From Podarcis cretensis (lineage: Eukaryota): a stretch of DNA of 64,000 bases. The stretch covers positions 65,224,001 to 65,288,000 of the forward strand of contig OX638154.1 of assembly GCA_951804945.1 (NCBI GenBank), given 5' to 3'. Below the pieces are notes generated by a model that ran no database searches, was not told the origin of the DNA, and saw nothing but the letters and a program-made list of their open reading frames with translations. Within the stretch, counting starts at the first letter, position 1. Each line of letters begins with the position of its first letter. Below, in pieces: positions 50,554-63,465 of the stretch. The position numbers and the translations under genes are program-made.

Positions 50554-52031
50554 GTAACATGACAGTGTTATTTAAACAATCGGGAGCTTATTTTAAGATC
50601 AGTACAATATAGATCTCTTTATTCAGAGGGTTGTATGTAAGCAGAAGTAGGCCGATCTATAACCCCTTTCCTTCCCTCTTACCCCCCTATTAGATATAAT
50701 TTGCTTCACCTTTCAGTGCTGCCCTTCTGATTTTCTTTTTTTTATCATTATTGGGGCAAATATCATGTAGTTCTCATACTACGCAGAACAAAATGGGTAT
50801 TGCCAGCATTGCATGACACAGAAATTGTCAGGCCTCAGCAGGGTTTGCTGTTGATTGTCAGGTACCAAGGCTGGGGCATGGCCCAAACAGGCAAGGCTGA
50901 GGTCAGATCAATCAAATGTCTGCTGCTCCTTGCTGCAGCGCACTCTAAATGCAAATACAGGAGATTCCCCTGGGAGCAATGAGAACTGACGACATCCTTT
51001 CTCAGGGGGAATTGTACAGGAAGAACATGGCTTTCTGCCTGTAAACATCAAGTCCTCTCACTCTTAGGTAAACTTGCTGTATTTGCATTCAAAGCACGCA
51101 GTGGCAAGAAGCTGCTTGCACTAGCAGCCCCAGGCTGTGGGCAGGTAGATGCCTTATTTTTAAAAGTCTTAAATACTTTTAAAAACTTTTTTGTTATTTT
51201 TTTAAAATGTGCATTTCCATGCGGATTTTTAGGCATTTCTCAGGAATAGGGCAGAGCAGCCTTAGTTCCCTCCCCATGCACAATTGGGACAGACCAGACT
51301 GTAACGGGTCCATCCATGGATGCCCACAGGATTTCCTAGACCCGATACACTGTGTACTTTGGGTCCCCTGAATCTCCCCACAATCTCTTGATAAGAACTG
51401 CTGTTTATGTGCCTATATTAACTTTACCGAGCCTACCACACGGGACTGTTTCAGATATAAAAGGGGAAGGGGAGGCCTGAAATTGGTAGCAGAGTAAGGT
51501 GGCAGAAAACTGTCAAGAAAAGCAGGTAGTGATCGGTTAAAAAAAAAATACTCTACCACCAACAGTACATTTGTCCAGGGCAAAATAGCTGTGAGCACAA
51601 AGCACAAAGTTAAGCTTCTTCCCACCTAAGATCAGACAGGCCTCTATTAATTCAAGCAGAACCCATCTCACAGGCCGTGGTGTTTCTAGATTATTAGGAA
51701 AGTAGGCATCATTTGTTATTTTACCCTACTGAGGGTGTGTGATTCCATGCTGAGTCCGCAAAACAGGCTTAAGAGCCACACCTTGAGAGTTTCTTCTGCC
51801 TTCATCCACAAGGTGGAGCCCAAGCCACTGACCCTATGCAGGCTGTGTAAATATGAGTACCAATTGTACTTTTTTAAACATCATTCTATGACATTTAAAG
51901 TCACATTTGCCTGGTCAGCATTCGTGCTTGGAAGTTTTATAATTCCATGCTCCTGATAAAATTTCATCATTAAAGTATCACTTGCTGGGCTATCTTTTTA
52001 TAATATTCCACAATATTATTGCATTTTACAG

Positions 52032-52143
52032 GACCCATATGTACATGCTGTGAATGATATGAGGATAGGGGAACTTCGTCCCTCCATGACTGAAGCACCA
52101 TTGTACCAACCTAAACTTGTCCTATTGGGTAAAGAGAAAAAAG
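52032..52143 (+). CDS. LRRC7: LRRC7 coding exon: [37 protein letters not shown](E)
   Basis: attttacag|GAC … AAAG|gtacta; 112 nt, phase 0 to 1. Confidence 0.95.
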
Positions 52144-53647
52144 GTACTAAGTCACTTTATAGATATTGAACGTGACAAACAATGAAAAATGCAGCAGAAA
52201 AATGTGCTCAACACTGTATTCTCTTTTTTACACTTAGCCAGAATCAAATTGGAAATTATGTTTAATATGCAAAGCCAGTCGATTTAGATACACAGCTATC
52301 TATATTTCTCTCCTACCCCTTTTCCTTAGACTAATAGCAACTTTAAATGGTATGAAAAGGTCAGGCCCCAGGTTCCTGCGGGCCTTAGACACAGGGTACC
52401 ACTGGGCCTCTTGTCCCCTCCCTTACCTCCTCAAACTACGCTCCCTTCCATTCTTGGTCCCACCCCATACCTTTTTTTTCTGTCTGCCTGCTTACATTTG
52501 CATATTGCAATATTTCTGTCACCCTCCTTTTTGCCTCAGCTTCTATTTCCTTACACCGGCTGGTATTGCTTTTTTGTCTCCCTCTCATCTTCCTTTTCAT
52601 TTCAATCACTTTTTTCTCCCATGTATCACATTCTCTGCCACTTTAATGCACCTCTCTGTGACTGTGCCTGGGGAACTGAGTCTCTTCTTCCTTCCCTGCA
52701 TTCCCCCCCCCCGCAACCCTCTGTGGATGCCTCCCCCCCGCCCTTAAAACTGCCTATCTGCCTTCTCTTCTCCTGGGTCAACTTGGCACATATGTAATGT
52801 ACAGAAAAGAAATCTAAAGTAGTTTCAGTACTCTCAGAACGTAATATAGGCAGCAGTTGTTCTAAGCCCTCTTAATTTGGATAAAACCCCATTTAAATGA
52901 ATGGCTCTTCCTTCTATGCAAGAATTGTGAGCAAATGGTGGGCAGGTAAGCAGCCTACTAAGTGAACAAGCCCCTCAAACCATCTGGACTGTGGGTCATT
53001 GCCTCACTTGGGCCACTCCTAGTATTGGGCATGGGTATAAAGGTGATTAAATCCTTCCTAATCACTGCTGCCCTGACAAAACTCCCTGTGCCTGTTTTTT
53101 AAAAAATAAATATTGGGAAATCTCCCATGTCACATTTGGTTTGGCCCTGAGTGTGGGATTTGGTGTATAAAGAAGGCTATATGTGTCATTAAAAATAAAT
53201 ACTAAATTATTATGTTCAGCAGTAGCCAAAAATGGGGGTGGGGCGTTCAAGACAGTAGCAGTTTGGTCAGGTTCGTAAGTGTAGGAAAGGTGAAAATGGA
53301 TCTTTTAAAAATGCAAAAAAATAAATAAAAAATGTTCCATCTCACAAGGCACAATGTTTATAAGGATAATAGTAAAGTAATACACCGACCAATAATTGTT
53401 GATTGATACAATCAGATGATACAGCATCTTGGCTGAAGATGGATGGGAAAGGGAGGTGGTACTGCTGTACAAATGTCTTAGGTGTCTTTGAACATCCCAG
53501 GGATAAGTTCATGGCTTGCTATATTTGTATGATATAGAAGTGGAAATCACATTTCCAAGCTAATTACAGTAGTTGTTGTATATATGTCTCTGTGTTCAAT
53601 CTTCTGTTCAACTATTAATTTCATATTTCTTTCTGTGCTTGTTTTAG

Positions 53648-53828
53648 AATCAACAGATGAATCTGAAGCAGATAAAGTTCACTGCATGAATAACAGTGTT
53701 TCTTCAGGCACCTATTCAGACTATTCACCTTCACAGGCATCTTCAGGGTCTTCTAACGCTCGTGTTAAAATGGGGTCCTTGCAGACTACAGCTAAAGATG
53801 CAGTGAATAATTCTTTGTGGGGTAACAG
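53648..53828 (+). CDS. LRRC7: LRRC7 coding exon: (E)[35 protein letters not shown]…NSLWGN(R)
   Basis: cttgttttag|AA … AACAG|gtgtgt; 181 nt, phase 1 to 2. Confidence 0.97.
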
Positions 53829-54958
53829 GTGTGTTTACTTTGTAGACCCCACTTGAAACACTGGATCTGACCATAAAGGCATCTCAGACAGCCAAAAGTA
53901 CAAAGAGCTTAAATAAAAGATGATGATGGTGATGATGATGATGATATCAACCCTTGTATTAAAACAAAACAGACAGGAAGTCACCAGGGCCAGACTAGCA
54001 GGAGCAGCAGCATGATTGAGATGCCTTTGTTTTTTCTTTGAACTAGCAGTGCTTCCTAGGACACCTATGTGACTATGTGACATCATGTCTCAGGAAGTAC
54101 TGCTAGGCTGGGAGCTGGTATACTACAAGTGTACACAAGACTTCTAAGAAGTCTAGTACTGGAGAAAACCTGCTGCACTTGGAACAACATCACACTGGCA
54201 CTACTGCAAATAAGTGAAGCATTGTGCAAAAAAAGGTAAGTGTTGCAGCATCCCTGCCCCCTCAACAGCAGGAGAGGGAGAAGAGCAGAGCAACCAGAGC
54301 AGAGTAAGTTCTCCCCCACAACTAGGCACCTCTGTGGAAAGGCCCATGTTTGTAGGCGAGAGGAAGGGCACCTTTTTCCATGTCAAGGCCCAGAGGAATT
54401 ATGCCTTACGGGTGGAAATTACTCCGGCAACTTCTACCCAAAATTCAGGTCTATCTGCAAACTTTCAGAGTAGATTACAATAGTTGAATAGCAGTTCGTC
54501 TATCTTACCCATTTTTCAGCTGACGAGAATGAAAAACGTACAAAATGATTACGTGTCATCAAGGTTTTCTGTACTGTCTACATTTACTCCATGCATGCAG
54601 AATCCTATATAAGCAACTTTGTCCCACCATAGATACAGACTCAGTTTTCAAAGAGACTTTCACTTTGCGTGCAGGCTCAGTACTATGTGCTTATCTGTCA
54701 CTAGCATAGAGATTTTTATACCAGAGGTTTTTTGGAGGCAGATTTTTAGATTTATGCAAAGCCATTTTCATATACATATAAATTGTGATATTTCTCTTTT
54801 TGTGTGCTTTCTCTTTGTTCCCACTCCAAACAAGCTAAAGCTTCCATTCATTCACGGGTTAAACAAAACATGCAATAATAGTAAGATATTTATTAGCATT
54901 TTATTCTGCTGTGATAGCTTCCTTATCTAATACCAATCTTTCTTCTTGTTTTCTCCAG

Positions 54959-56636
54959 GCTTGTCCAATCTTTTCCTCAACCTCTTGAAACAAAGCCATT
55001 GCTCAGTCAACGGGAGTCTGCTCCAGCAGGAAACTTACAACAACATAACGAGAGGCGTCCAATGAGCGACAACTTTGCTGACAGCTGGAATGATGGCTCT
55101 CACTATGATAACACGGGATTTGTAGCAGAAGAGAGCACAGTGGAGAATCCAAGCGCTAACCCCCTCCTAAGCTCTAAATCGAGAAGCACATCTGCTCACG
55201 GACGCAGGCCTTTAATTAGGCAAGACAGGATAGTTGGTATCCCCCTAGAACTTGAACAGCCTACTCTCAGAAATACACCAGAATCAGAAGTGCCTCCATC
55301 AAACCCTTGGCAGAACTGGACAAGAACCCCTAGCCCTTTTGAAGATAGGACAGCCTTTCCTTCTAAGCTGGAGAGCACCCCTACCACCAGCCCTTTACCT
55401 GAAAGGAAGGATCTTGTTAAAGATTCTGCGGAAATAGCTAGCACTTTTTCTCCAGGAACACCGTGGGAGTATCATGAGTCAAATGCTAACAGAAGTCTTG
55501 GTAATGTGTTTTCGCATATTCACTGTCGCCCGGATCCTTCTAAAAACGTCATTTCTATCAGCAAGAGCACAGAGAGGCTTTCACCAATGATGAGGGACTT
55601 GAAAACGAATAGGTTTAAGAAGTCACAAAGTATAGATGAGATAGACATTGGCGCATATAAAGTTTATAATATACCGCTAGAGAACTATGCAGCTACTACG
55701 GACAATGCCGGTATGCATGAGAGGCCAGATAAAATGATGGGTCCAGAACATGGAATGTCTAGCATGTCCCGTAGCCAGTCTGTGCCAATGCTTGATGATG
55801 AGTTGCTGACCTATGGAAGTGTTAAGGTGCAGCAGCAGCAAAAGCCTTCTGTAACTAAAAAAGTGTACCAGTTTGACCAAAGTTTTAATCCTCAAGGATC
55901 AGTGGAAGTGAAAGCCGAAAAGAGGATTCCGCCACCTTTTCAACACACTCCAGAGTACATTCCCCAGCAGACTAAAACTGTCTCAAAGGATTTGGTTAGC
56001 CCAAGAGCCTACCGAGGGTATCCACCCATGGAGCACATGTTTTCATTCTCCCAGCCTTCTGTTAATGAGGAGACTGTCAACACTCAGTACTCAAGTCAGG
56101 GATCAAGGGCTGGGTTTTTGAGAAGAGCAGATTCATTGGCCAGTTCCACAGATATGTCAATGTATAGAAGAGTCAGTGAACCACACGAACTGCCTCAGAG
56201 CGATAGGTATAACAGACACCAGTATAGAGGACCCATGGAACGCCAAAGCAGCATGCAAGTGTCTGAATCCCAATTCCTCAAAAGAAATGGCAGGTATGAA
56301 GATGAACACCCTTCATATCAAGAAGTGAAAGCCCAATCTGGAAGTTTTCCAGTTAAAAACCTTACTCAAAGGAGGCCATTGTCTGCAAGAAGCTACAGTA
56401 CAGAGAGTTATGGTACCTCCCAAACCAGGCCAGTTTCAGCTAGGCCTACAATGGCAGCTCTGTTGGAAAAGATACCATCAGACTATAACTTGGGTAACTA
56501 TGGTGACAAGCCGTCAGATAACACTGATTTAAAGACAAGGCCTACCCCTGTCAAGGGAAATGAGAGCTGTGGTAAAATGCCCGCTGACTGGAGACAACAG
56601 CTACTTAGACATATAGAAGCTAGAAGGTTAGACAGG
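54959..56636 (+). CDS. LRRC7: LRRC7 large coding exon (disordered middle region): (R)[17 protein letters not shown]…[16 protein letters not shown]
   Basis: gttttctccag|G … AGG|gtatgt; 1678 nt, phase 2 to 0. It corresponds to ORF 54999-56663 and contains the densin motifs [45 protein letters not shown] and [10 protein letters not shown]. Confidence 0.98.
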
Positions 56637-57750
56637 GTATGTTTGGCATTTCTCTGCAATTAATGCCTTTTAGTTTTTATATTTCTATATATATATATAT
56701 ATATAAATCTGCTTGCAGTGATTAATATGTTATCCAGTAATAATTCCTGGATTTGTGTACTGAATTAATAAACCATGAAATGTATTTTGTTACAGTTTAT
56801 ACATAATGAGTTAGAATTAGGGTTGCTTTGGGGAGCATTGGAGAAGTTCTTCCCTGATATACTGTTGTTTTTTAAAATGCAAAAATGATAATCTCGGTCT
56901 TCTAGTAGTGGGTAATTTATGAAGCTTAAAGGAAATCACAAAAATAGTTTATAATTTAAATATTTGTTTTATTTGCTAGCCTTTACAGTGCATAGGAAAA
57001 ATATTAAAGACAAATTCCAAAGCAAAAGTATTGGAAATACTGACTTTGGCAGGCTTATAGTTAATGGGGATACTCCACAACTCTACAGAATTCAATAGCA
57101 CAATCTTCAGTGGCTGTGTTATGAATCAGTCCATGCCCTTGTGTGCACAAAGTAAGATATGCATGTGTGAACCATCTTCATGTATCAGAACTATTGGATC
57201 ATGGCAGATATAATTAAGGATTTCTTTTAGAAAATTTAGCCATTGATTAACAAATAAGCTACAATTACTTTTGTTCTGGTACCCCAAGTCTTAAATCTAT
57301 GTAATTGGAAGTAAGTCAGTTGATTTACATTTAACTTATTTCCAAGTGTGTTTAGGATAACGGGTTGAAATACGTAAAGCCCCAACAGAGACCAACTATA
57401 ACTTATATTTTCTATGTTAGGAAGTGTTTGTCAATTAACATTTATTATTGGTAAATGTGCAGAGTAATTCATTGACATGAGACACAGTTTCCAAGGCGTG
57501 AAGAATTAAGAATATGAGGTATTGTTTGAAATGATGATAAGAAGTAAATGAATAAAACATCTTATAACTGATATATCCAGAAAGCATTTGGAAGGAATTC
57601 TGAGAAAAACTACATACTACACGTAGTTCCATTATTTTCTTTTGAAAGAAGTCTAATATACTGTGCAGCCATTGAGGCTACAGTTTGAAGTGGAAGACTA
57701 GTACAGGAGGAAAAGGAGCTTCTTAACCTTTCCACTTTATTCCATTTGCA

Positions 57751-57752
<2 letters not shown>

Positions 57753-57829
<77 letters not shown>

Positions 57830-57830
57830 C
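57753..57830. repeat. compound microsatellite (TC)n(CA)n
   Basis: Seen directly. Other simple repeats: (CA)n 26257-26289, (GAT)n about 53918-53945, (TA)n about 56687-56705, G17 at 57980-57996. Confidence 0.95.
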
Positions 57831-58534
57831 CCCAAAATGCAGGTACTCATGTTTTCCCCAATGAAGGTAAAAGCAATGGGAGTGGGAACTTTTCAGTGGG
57901 AGAATAGTTTGAAGGGAGGATTACGAAGCTGGTCTTCCATCTTAAATTGCAACCTTACTGCTGCCTTGTATAAATGGCCGGGGGGGGGGGGGGGGGCTTA
58001 ACAAGGAACTTAAACATTCACCCTGTTGGCTGTTTTTCGATTTTCATCACCTTGTACTCGTTAAATGCTGTGTGTCTCATACAGCCTTCCTCAGCCTCAG
58101 GAACCTGTTTGCCTTCAATCAACTACTATTGGAAATAAGATGAATTACGAAAGACCAATTCATGTATAATTTTAGTCCTACAGTTCACCAGATGCTTTCA
58201 CAAAATAAGTGAAAATTGAGATTGCCAAATGTGGCTGTCAAAAATGCTGAAATCATCCTGGAAAATTGGAAGCCTACAGACCTCGTTCTCAGATTTGCTT
58301 TCACAAAATTACCCTTCCTTATACTCCCAGATACATATCGGTTTGTCATTCAGTGACTGCAATAAGTGATTATATTTCAGAAATAACCATAATGGAGCAA
58401 AAATTGTAGACTGTTTCATATCTTTTGATATCATCATGTGTTTTTCAAACAAAGTAATTCACAATTTAGCTGTGGCTCACTGAGAGCTGAACTATCCATT
58501 CAGTAATACAATTTATCTGTTTTTATTTATTTAA

Positions 58535-58785
58535 AGGGGGTTGGAGAGCAGGCCAAATCAGTCTGCCAAGCGCCAATGATGATCTGATTGTCAGGTCTTG
58601 CAAAGCATTCTTGTATAGCTTTTGACAAGGTGCTTTGCAAGATCTGCTGATCAGATCATCATTGGGTCTTGTGAAGTCCTGTACACAGGGCTTTGTAGGT
58701 GCCGCCAGTCAGCTGATCAGCAGTACCTGCAGACTCCCTTTTGGCTGAGGTCTTTGCCTGCCCCACACCTGATGTCATATAGAAC
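58535..58785 (-). mobile_element. old non-autonomous DNA-transposon-like relic related to about 41205-41675
   Basis: The reverse complement of 58680-58780 (…GTGTGGGGCAGGCAAAGACCTCAGCCAAAAGGGAGTCTGCAG…TCAGCTGA…ACAAAGCCCT) aligns loosely with 41270-41370. It contains an internal inverted repeat. Confidence 0.5.
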
Positions 58786-61471
58786 AGTGAACCACTTAAA
58801 CTAAAGAAAAGACAATTTCTTGGGCTTAGACCTGGCGTTCTCAGATTTCACCACCCTGCTGTCGCCAGAGCCCACATAAACTTGTTGAAAATTACCGAGG
58901 CCTACAAGTTGTAGAACAGTGGCCTATGGAAATGGAGTTTGGCACGATTGGCTGGCTGACATCACTTTTCTATTGATAGCTAAACCATCTTTGGAAATTG
59001 TTTAATTATTTACCATAGCATTTTCATTGTAGCAAGGAGTTCAATACCTCAGCTTCCCTCAAGCAAAATATAGACATTCACTCTGGAAGTATTGAAACTC
59101 ATCCTCTCCACTTTAGGCAGAGTTTGCCAATCAATCCAGAGGCTTTAAGTGGAGAAGGCTTTTTATTTTATATTTTTCCTTTCCCACTTCTAAATGCCTC
59201 TCAGAGTATTTTTACTAATCTATTGTAATTTCTTCCATTCTGCTGTCACACAAATCTATTCCCCTTCCCTTGAACCTGCCAGTTTCGTTCTAACTTTCAC
59301 CCTGGTCCTTTTTATCTTCACTTCCTTCCATAACAACTTTATTCTCTCGTCCCTATCCTTTCCATTATCAGTTGCTTTATTTTTAATAATTAGTGTAAAT
59401 ATTAACCTTTTATCTCCCTTTCTAATTTCCTTCAGGAGCTCCTCTGGCTGCTTCCCCTCAGAGGAGTGAGACCTCCCTTCTCTCTTCCCCACCCTCCCCA
59501 AACTTCTCCATCTCCTGGTCACCATTACTTAGCATGCAAGGAGTTGCTAGGGTTGGCATTGGTTCAATCAAAAGACAATGGCATGGCTGGGGGGTGGGGC
59601 CAGCAAGTGAGAAGGCGCTGGGCAGGCTGTGACACTGAGGTTCTCCTGAAAATGACCCATGGCCATCTCTTGGGTCCCAGCCCCCTGTTTAAGAAAAACT
59701 GACTAGAGACTACAAAATTGCAGCAAGATAGATTTTAAAGCAAAGCTGTTAGAATGAATGAATAAAAATTGCAGAAACACTAGATGAATTATAAACCAAA
59801 TTATATTTATTCTGGTGTATCAGTTAAGATCTACAAAAATTTATTTAATTGGTTCAGTTTTGGAAATCAGACATCATAAAAAAAAATTATGAAAATTTTA
59901 GCCTGGCTCTCAGATACACTGATTACTAAGAAAAATACGACAATAAGCCTTCAAATCAACAAAGCATTGCAAAGCATTCTCATCTCCTAAGGAATGGTCC
60001 TATTCAGGCTCTAACAAGCCTGGAACAAGAGTTTTGTGTTGCTGTTTGGAGTTCACAGGGGAAAGACAAGCAAAAAGGGTTACTTTATTTCTTCCTCACG
60101 TTTGTTGAAATCTTCTTTTGCTGTGCTTGGGTTTGGTGCTGGTTTCTAGCCCTGAACCTGAATCCTTTAATGCTGTACAGTGGGCAGAGGGGTTTCTAGA
60201 ATTTGGAAAAGGAAAAGGAAACTTAAGGTCTCCTTACACAAGCATACACATTTCTTTATTTTAAAAAACCAGAATTACTTCTTAAATACAAGTTTTCTGA
60301 TATCCCAGATTTGCACAAAACAGCAGTTTTTCAAAAAGTGTGTCACTCCCAAGTCATGTGACAATTTGGAGTCTCTGGCATGAAAGGCTGCTGCTCTTTG
60401 TCACATTTTCTTTCCCAACCTCCTGTGCCTGCAAAGGCAAATTTTATAATTTATTTTTAATGCAACTATTTTGTGCATGATTTCCCCTGTACAAAAGAGC
60501 TGTCTCAATATATATATATATTAAAAAATTACTGGGAACCAACATCCTTTCCTGTCGGCTGACAGAAGCAAAATAGGAGTAGGGGGAGTGGCAAAAGAGG
60601 GCATCACAGAAACATCGTGGAAACCTGCCCATGCAGTGGGCTCCCTGGCATTAGTGGCTTCCGTAAATCACTGAGCATTCATAAGAGTTTAAGCTTATTC
60701 CATTGATTATTGTGATTGCTTTCAGGCTGACACTTGAGAGATCTGTGTACTACTTCATTTGCATGGACAGGTGAAGCACAGATCTTTCAGATGTACTTCC
60801 ACAGCTATGCTCACTATGGGTGGAATTCAACATTGCACCAAGCGGAGTGTCCCATCAGCACTGTTCTGTGACCAACCCAGAGCCAATTTCAGGGGGTGCA
60901 GGGAGAGGAGATGGGGGACAGCCCCATGGCACAAGCAGAAGCCCTCATACAGGCTTGCACTGATGGGACATGTTGGGTGAATACTGCCCAGTGCATTTTA
61001 CTTTTTATATTGCTGTTTTTTTTGTATATATATAATCCAGAATAATTTATTCATGAAGATCATTTGCTGACTGATCTTTTTAATCACACTGCATATAGTG
61101 TGGATAGTTCTTTTGAAGTGTAAATTCAAAATAGGTATACATCCACTACAATATATTGGAGCAGCTCTTGATAGCAGTTATTTTGATTGGTTCTTTGTGA
61201 AACTAAACCATAGCAAGTCAGATGTTTCTATCGTTCAGCAACTAACAGATGTGCAAAACTCTTTTTTTACCATTTTCCTTGACTCTTTAAAACCTTATTC
61301 TCTCCAGAAACGTCTTACATTTTTAAGAAGCGTATTATATAGAGTAGAACCTCTTCTACCCAATTTATTACTTGCAGAAAAGAAATGCATATTTTATCAT
61401 AAGTTTGTAGAAAATCTCTGGGTAATACCCACTTCTGCATGAAATAAATTACTATAGCTTTGTATTAAAAA

Positions 61472-61619
61472 CAGTGGCTCAGTTAGTAGAGCATGAAACT
61501 TTTAATTTCAGAGTCGTGGGTCTGAGCCCCACATTGGGCAAAAGATTCCTGCATTGCAAGGAGTTGGGCCAGGGGACCCTCATGGTCCCTTCCAACTCTA
61601 CAATTCTATGATTCTGTGA
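61472..61619 (+). mobile_element. tRNA-Lys-derived SINE with CR1-derived 3' tail
   Basis: The head GGCTCAGTTAGTAGAGCATGAAACTTTTAATTTCAGAGTCGTGGGTCTGAGCCCCACATTGGGC is a decayed tRNA-Lys. The tail GGTCCCTTCCAACTCTACAATTCTATGATTCTGTG carries the CR1 ATTCTRTG octamer repeats. Confidence 0.85.
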
Positions 61620-61863
61620 ATATGAAAATATATCTTGTTTGATTTTTTTGTCAATGTCTTTTTATGGTAATCATTTTATGTACAACTAGCACTCTATGTG
61701 CTTCTGTCTGACTCAGTGCATGCATAAAAAGCTACTTATTTCTTGGTATTGTTTGTTTGCTTAAAATGAGACCATGTGAAGTTAGTCATATATGTGCAGT
61801 ACTTTCTCTTAATGAGCATGCGTGTTCATATCCTGTCACGTGGTTGTTATTTCCTCTACTCAG

Positions 61864-62013
61864 ACTGCTGCTTATAAGCACAACACTGTTAACCTTGGCA
61901 TGCTGCGCTCTGGAGGTTTGTCAGCAATGCATGCGGGCAGAAGCATGACATTAAACTTGCAGACTAAATCTAAATTTGAAAACCAAATGCATCAAGAGCT
62001 ACCTCTACCGAAA
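61864..62013 (+). CDS. LRRC7: LRRC7 coding exon (probable cassette): [50 protein letters not shown]
   Basis: ttcctctactcag|ACT … AAA|gtaagt; 150 nt, symmetric phase 0 to 0. Matches recalled densin [14 protein letters not shown]…[18 protein letters not shown]. Confidence 0.95.
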
Positions 62014-63465
62014 GTAAGTATGAGATAGCCTGCATATATCAGACAAAACACAGTAATATTTTTTCATGCCCTCCTTCCTCTTCCTTTTTAGCATTTGCAT
62101 TACTATTCATGCTTGTGTCCTATAAGCAATTCAAAAACCAAAGTTGCTAACACAACTTGCCGACTTTATATCTTTGCTTCTTCAAGTAATTGGCTCACCA
62201 CGTGACAGTCATGCTGCTTTCTGCTCTTTTGTTGCAGACTAATGTAGTCAATTTTATGTGAACCAGAGAAATCTGAGGGCCATGTTTCATGTTGTAGTTG
62301 GTTAATGATGTTGATGGCGTCAGAATGGTGTAGATGTTTAATGTCAACCAAGTTCGGTCACAAACTATGTTATCAATTCGGATGATCTCTTAGAAGCTAG
62401 GACCTACTGGTCATGTAGTTCAGTGGTCTAGTTAAAGACTAGATTATAATCAAAATAGCTCAAATGAAAATTTCAGAATGTATGTCCTGTTTACATCTTT
62501 TATTATATTAGCACATTTCTGTATGTAGACCATTGTGAAATCAGATATATGTTGTATGTAAATATGTTTTGTATTTTAAGCCTTTAAGGTGGGGACATAT
62601 CTCAATAACATTTTGAAAAATATTTGTGAATCAAGATTGAATTCATCATGACCACAAACCATTAGGCCTGTTTATAGATTGTGTAGGTGAGATACATATG
62701 ATGGTGGAAAACCTAAGTGTGTGAAAATTAATTATAAACTGTTCTTTTAAATGTTATTGAGAGAAGGGAATGAAAAAGTGGATCTAAATTGAAACAGTCT
62801 AGATTAAACATCAAGTAATAAGTCATAGTTGCCAGTCATCAATGCAGTCATGTTATCTGATGAAGATTAGACAGTGAAAACAGTAGCCAAGGAAAGGTGT
62901 AAGATTGCTTCCTTTGATTATACAGCTACCTAAGCATTGTGGGGGAAGGGATTAGTCAAGGAAATTTTTGGCTAACATGTAGAGGCTGTGAGATTTCCTC
63001 TAGTCTAAATTAAATGATTCCATGATTTACCCTCCTTTGATGGAGAGGGGAAGTACTGCATCAATCGTCAAACTGCCATAAATGTCTGGAAGAAGGTTTT
63101 TTCAAGTTTTTTTAAAATGCATTTGTTGATGTTTTTCCAGTAAAGCAATACAGAGGTCCCCCCCCCGTAAAACAATATAAATTATTGGGGTCAACAGCAC
63201 CTCACAATGTAGAGTGTATTAACCTACAAAACACTCTTCACCACATAGTTTTTAAAATACAGGCGATGACCATTTTGCCCAGGGGTTCCATTTCCAATCC
63301 CTGCCTGCATCAACAGAGCATACATAAGTGCACCCTGCCCCATTACAGCCTACCCTGCCCCCCTACATCTGCCCCACTCCACCCTTGTTCTTCCCTCTTC
63401 TGGATCCAAAAGGACCCGCACTTCGCTGATCCCACGTTATTTGGACGCGCCTAAAATGCTTCCAA

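Noticed and set aside
54510-54565. Possible hammerhead CTGACGA-GAAT-GAAA…ACGTA/TACGT…TC
   Set aside because: There is no stem II, a mismatch at the base of stem III and no stem I pairing; it looks like chance.
54999-56663. Stand-alone 554-aa gene
   Set aside because: It is the large internal LRRC7 exon. The called start is a TTG Leu codon and the true boundaries are splice sites at 54959 and 56636.
58085-58140. Possible alternative exon after ctcatacag (PSSASGTCLPSINYYWK*)
   Set aside because: No homology and no clear donor or polyA support; such acceptors are common in introns.
61472-61540. Functional tRNA-Lys gene
   Set aside because: The acceptor stem and T-loop are degenerate, there is no Pol III terminator, and it is fused to a CR1 tail, so it is a SINE head.
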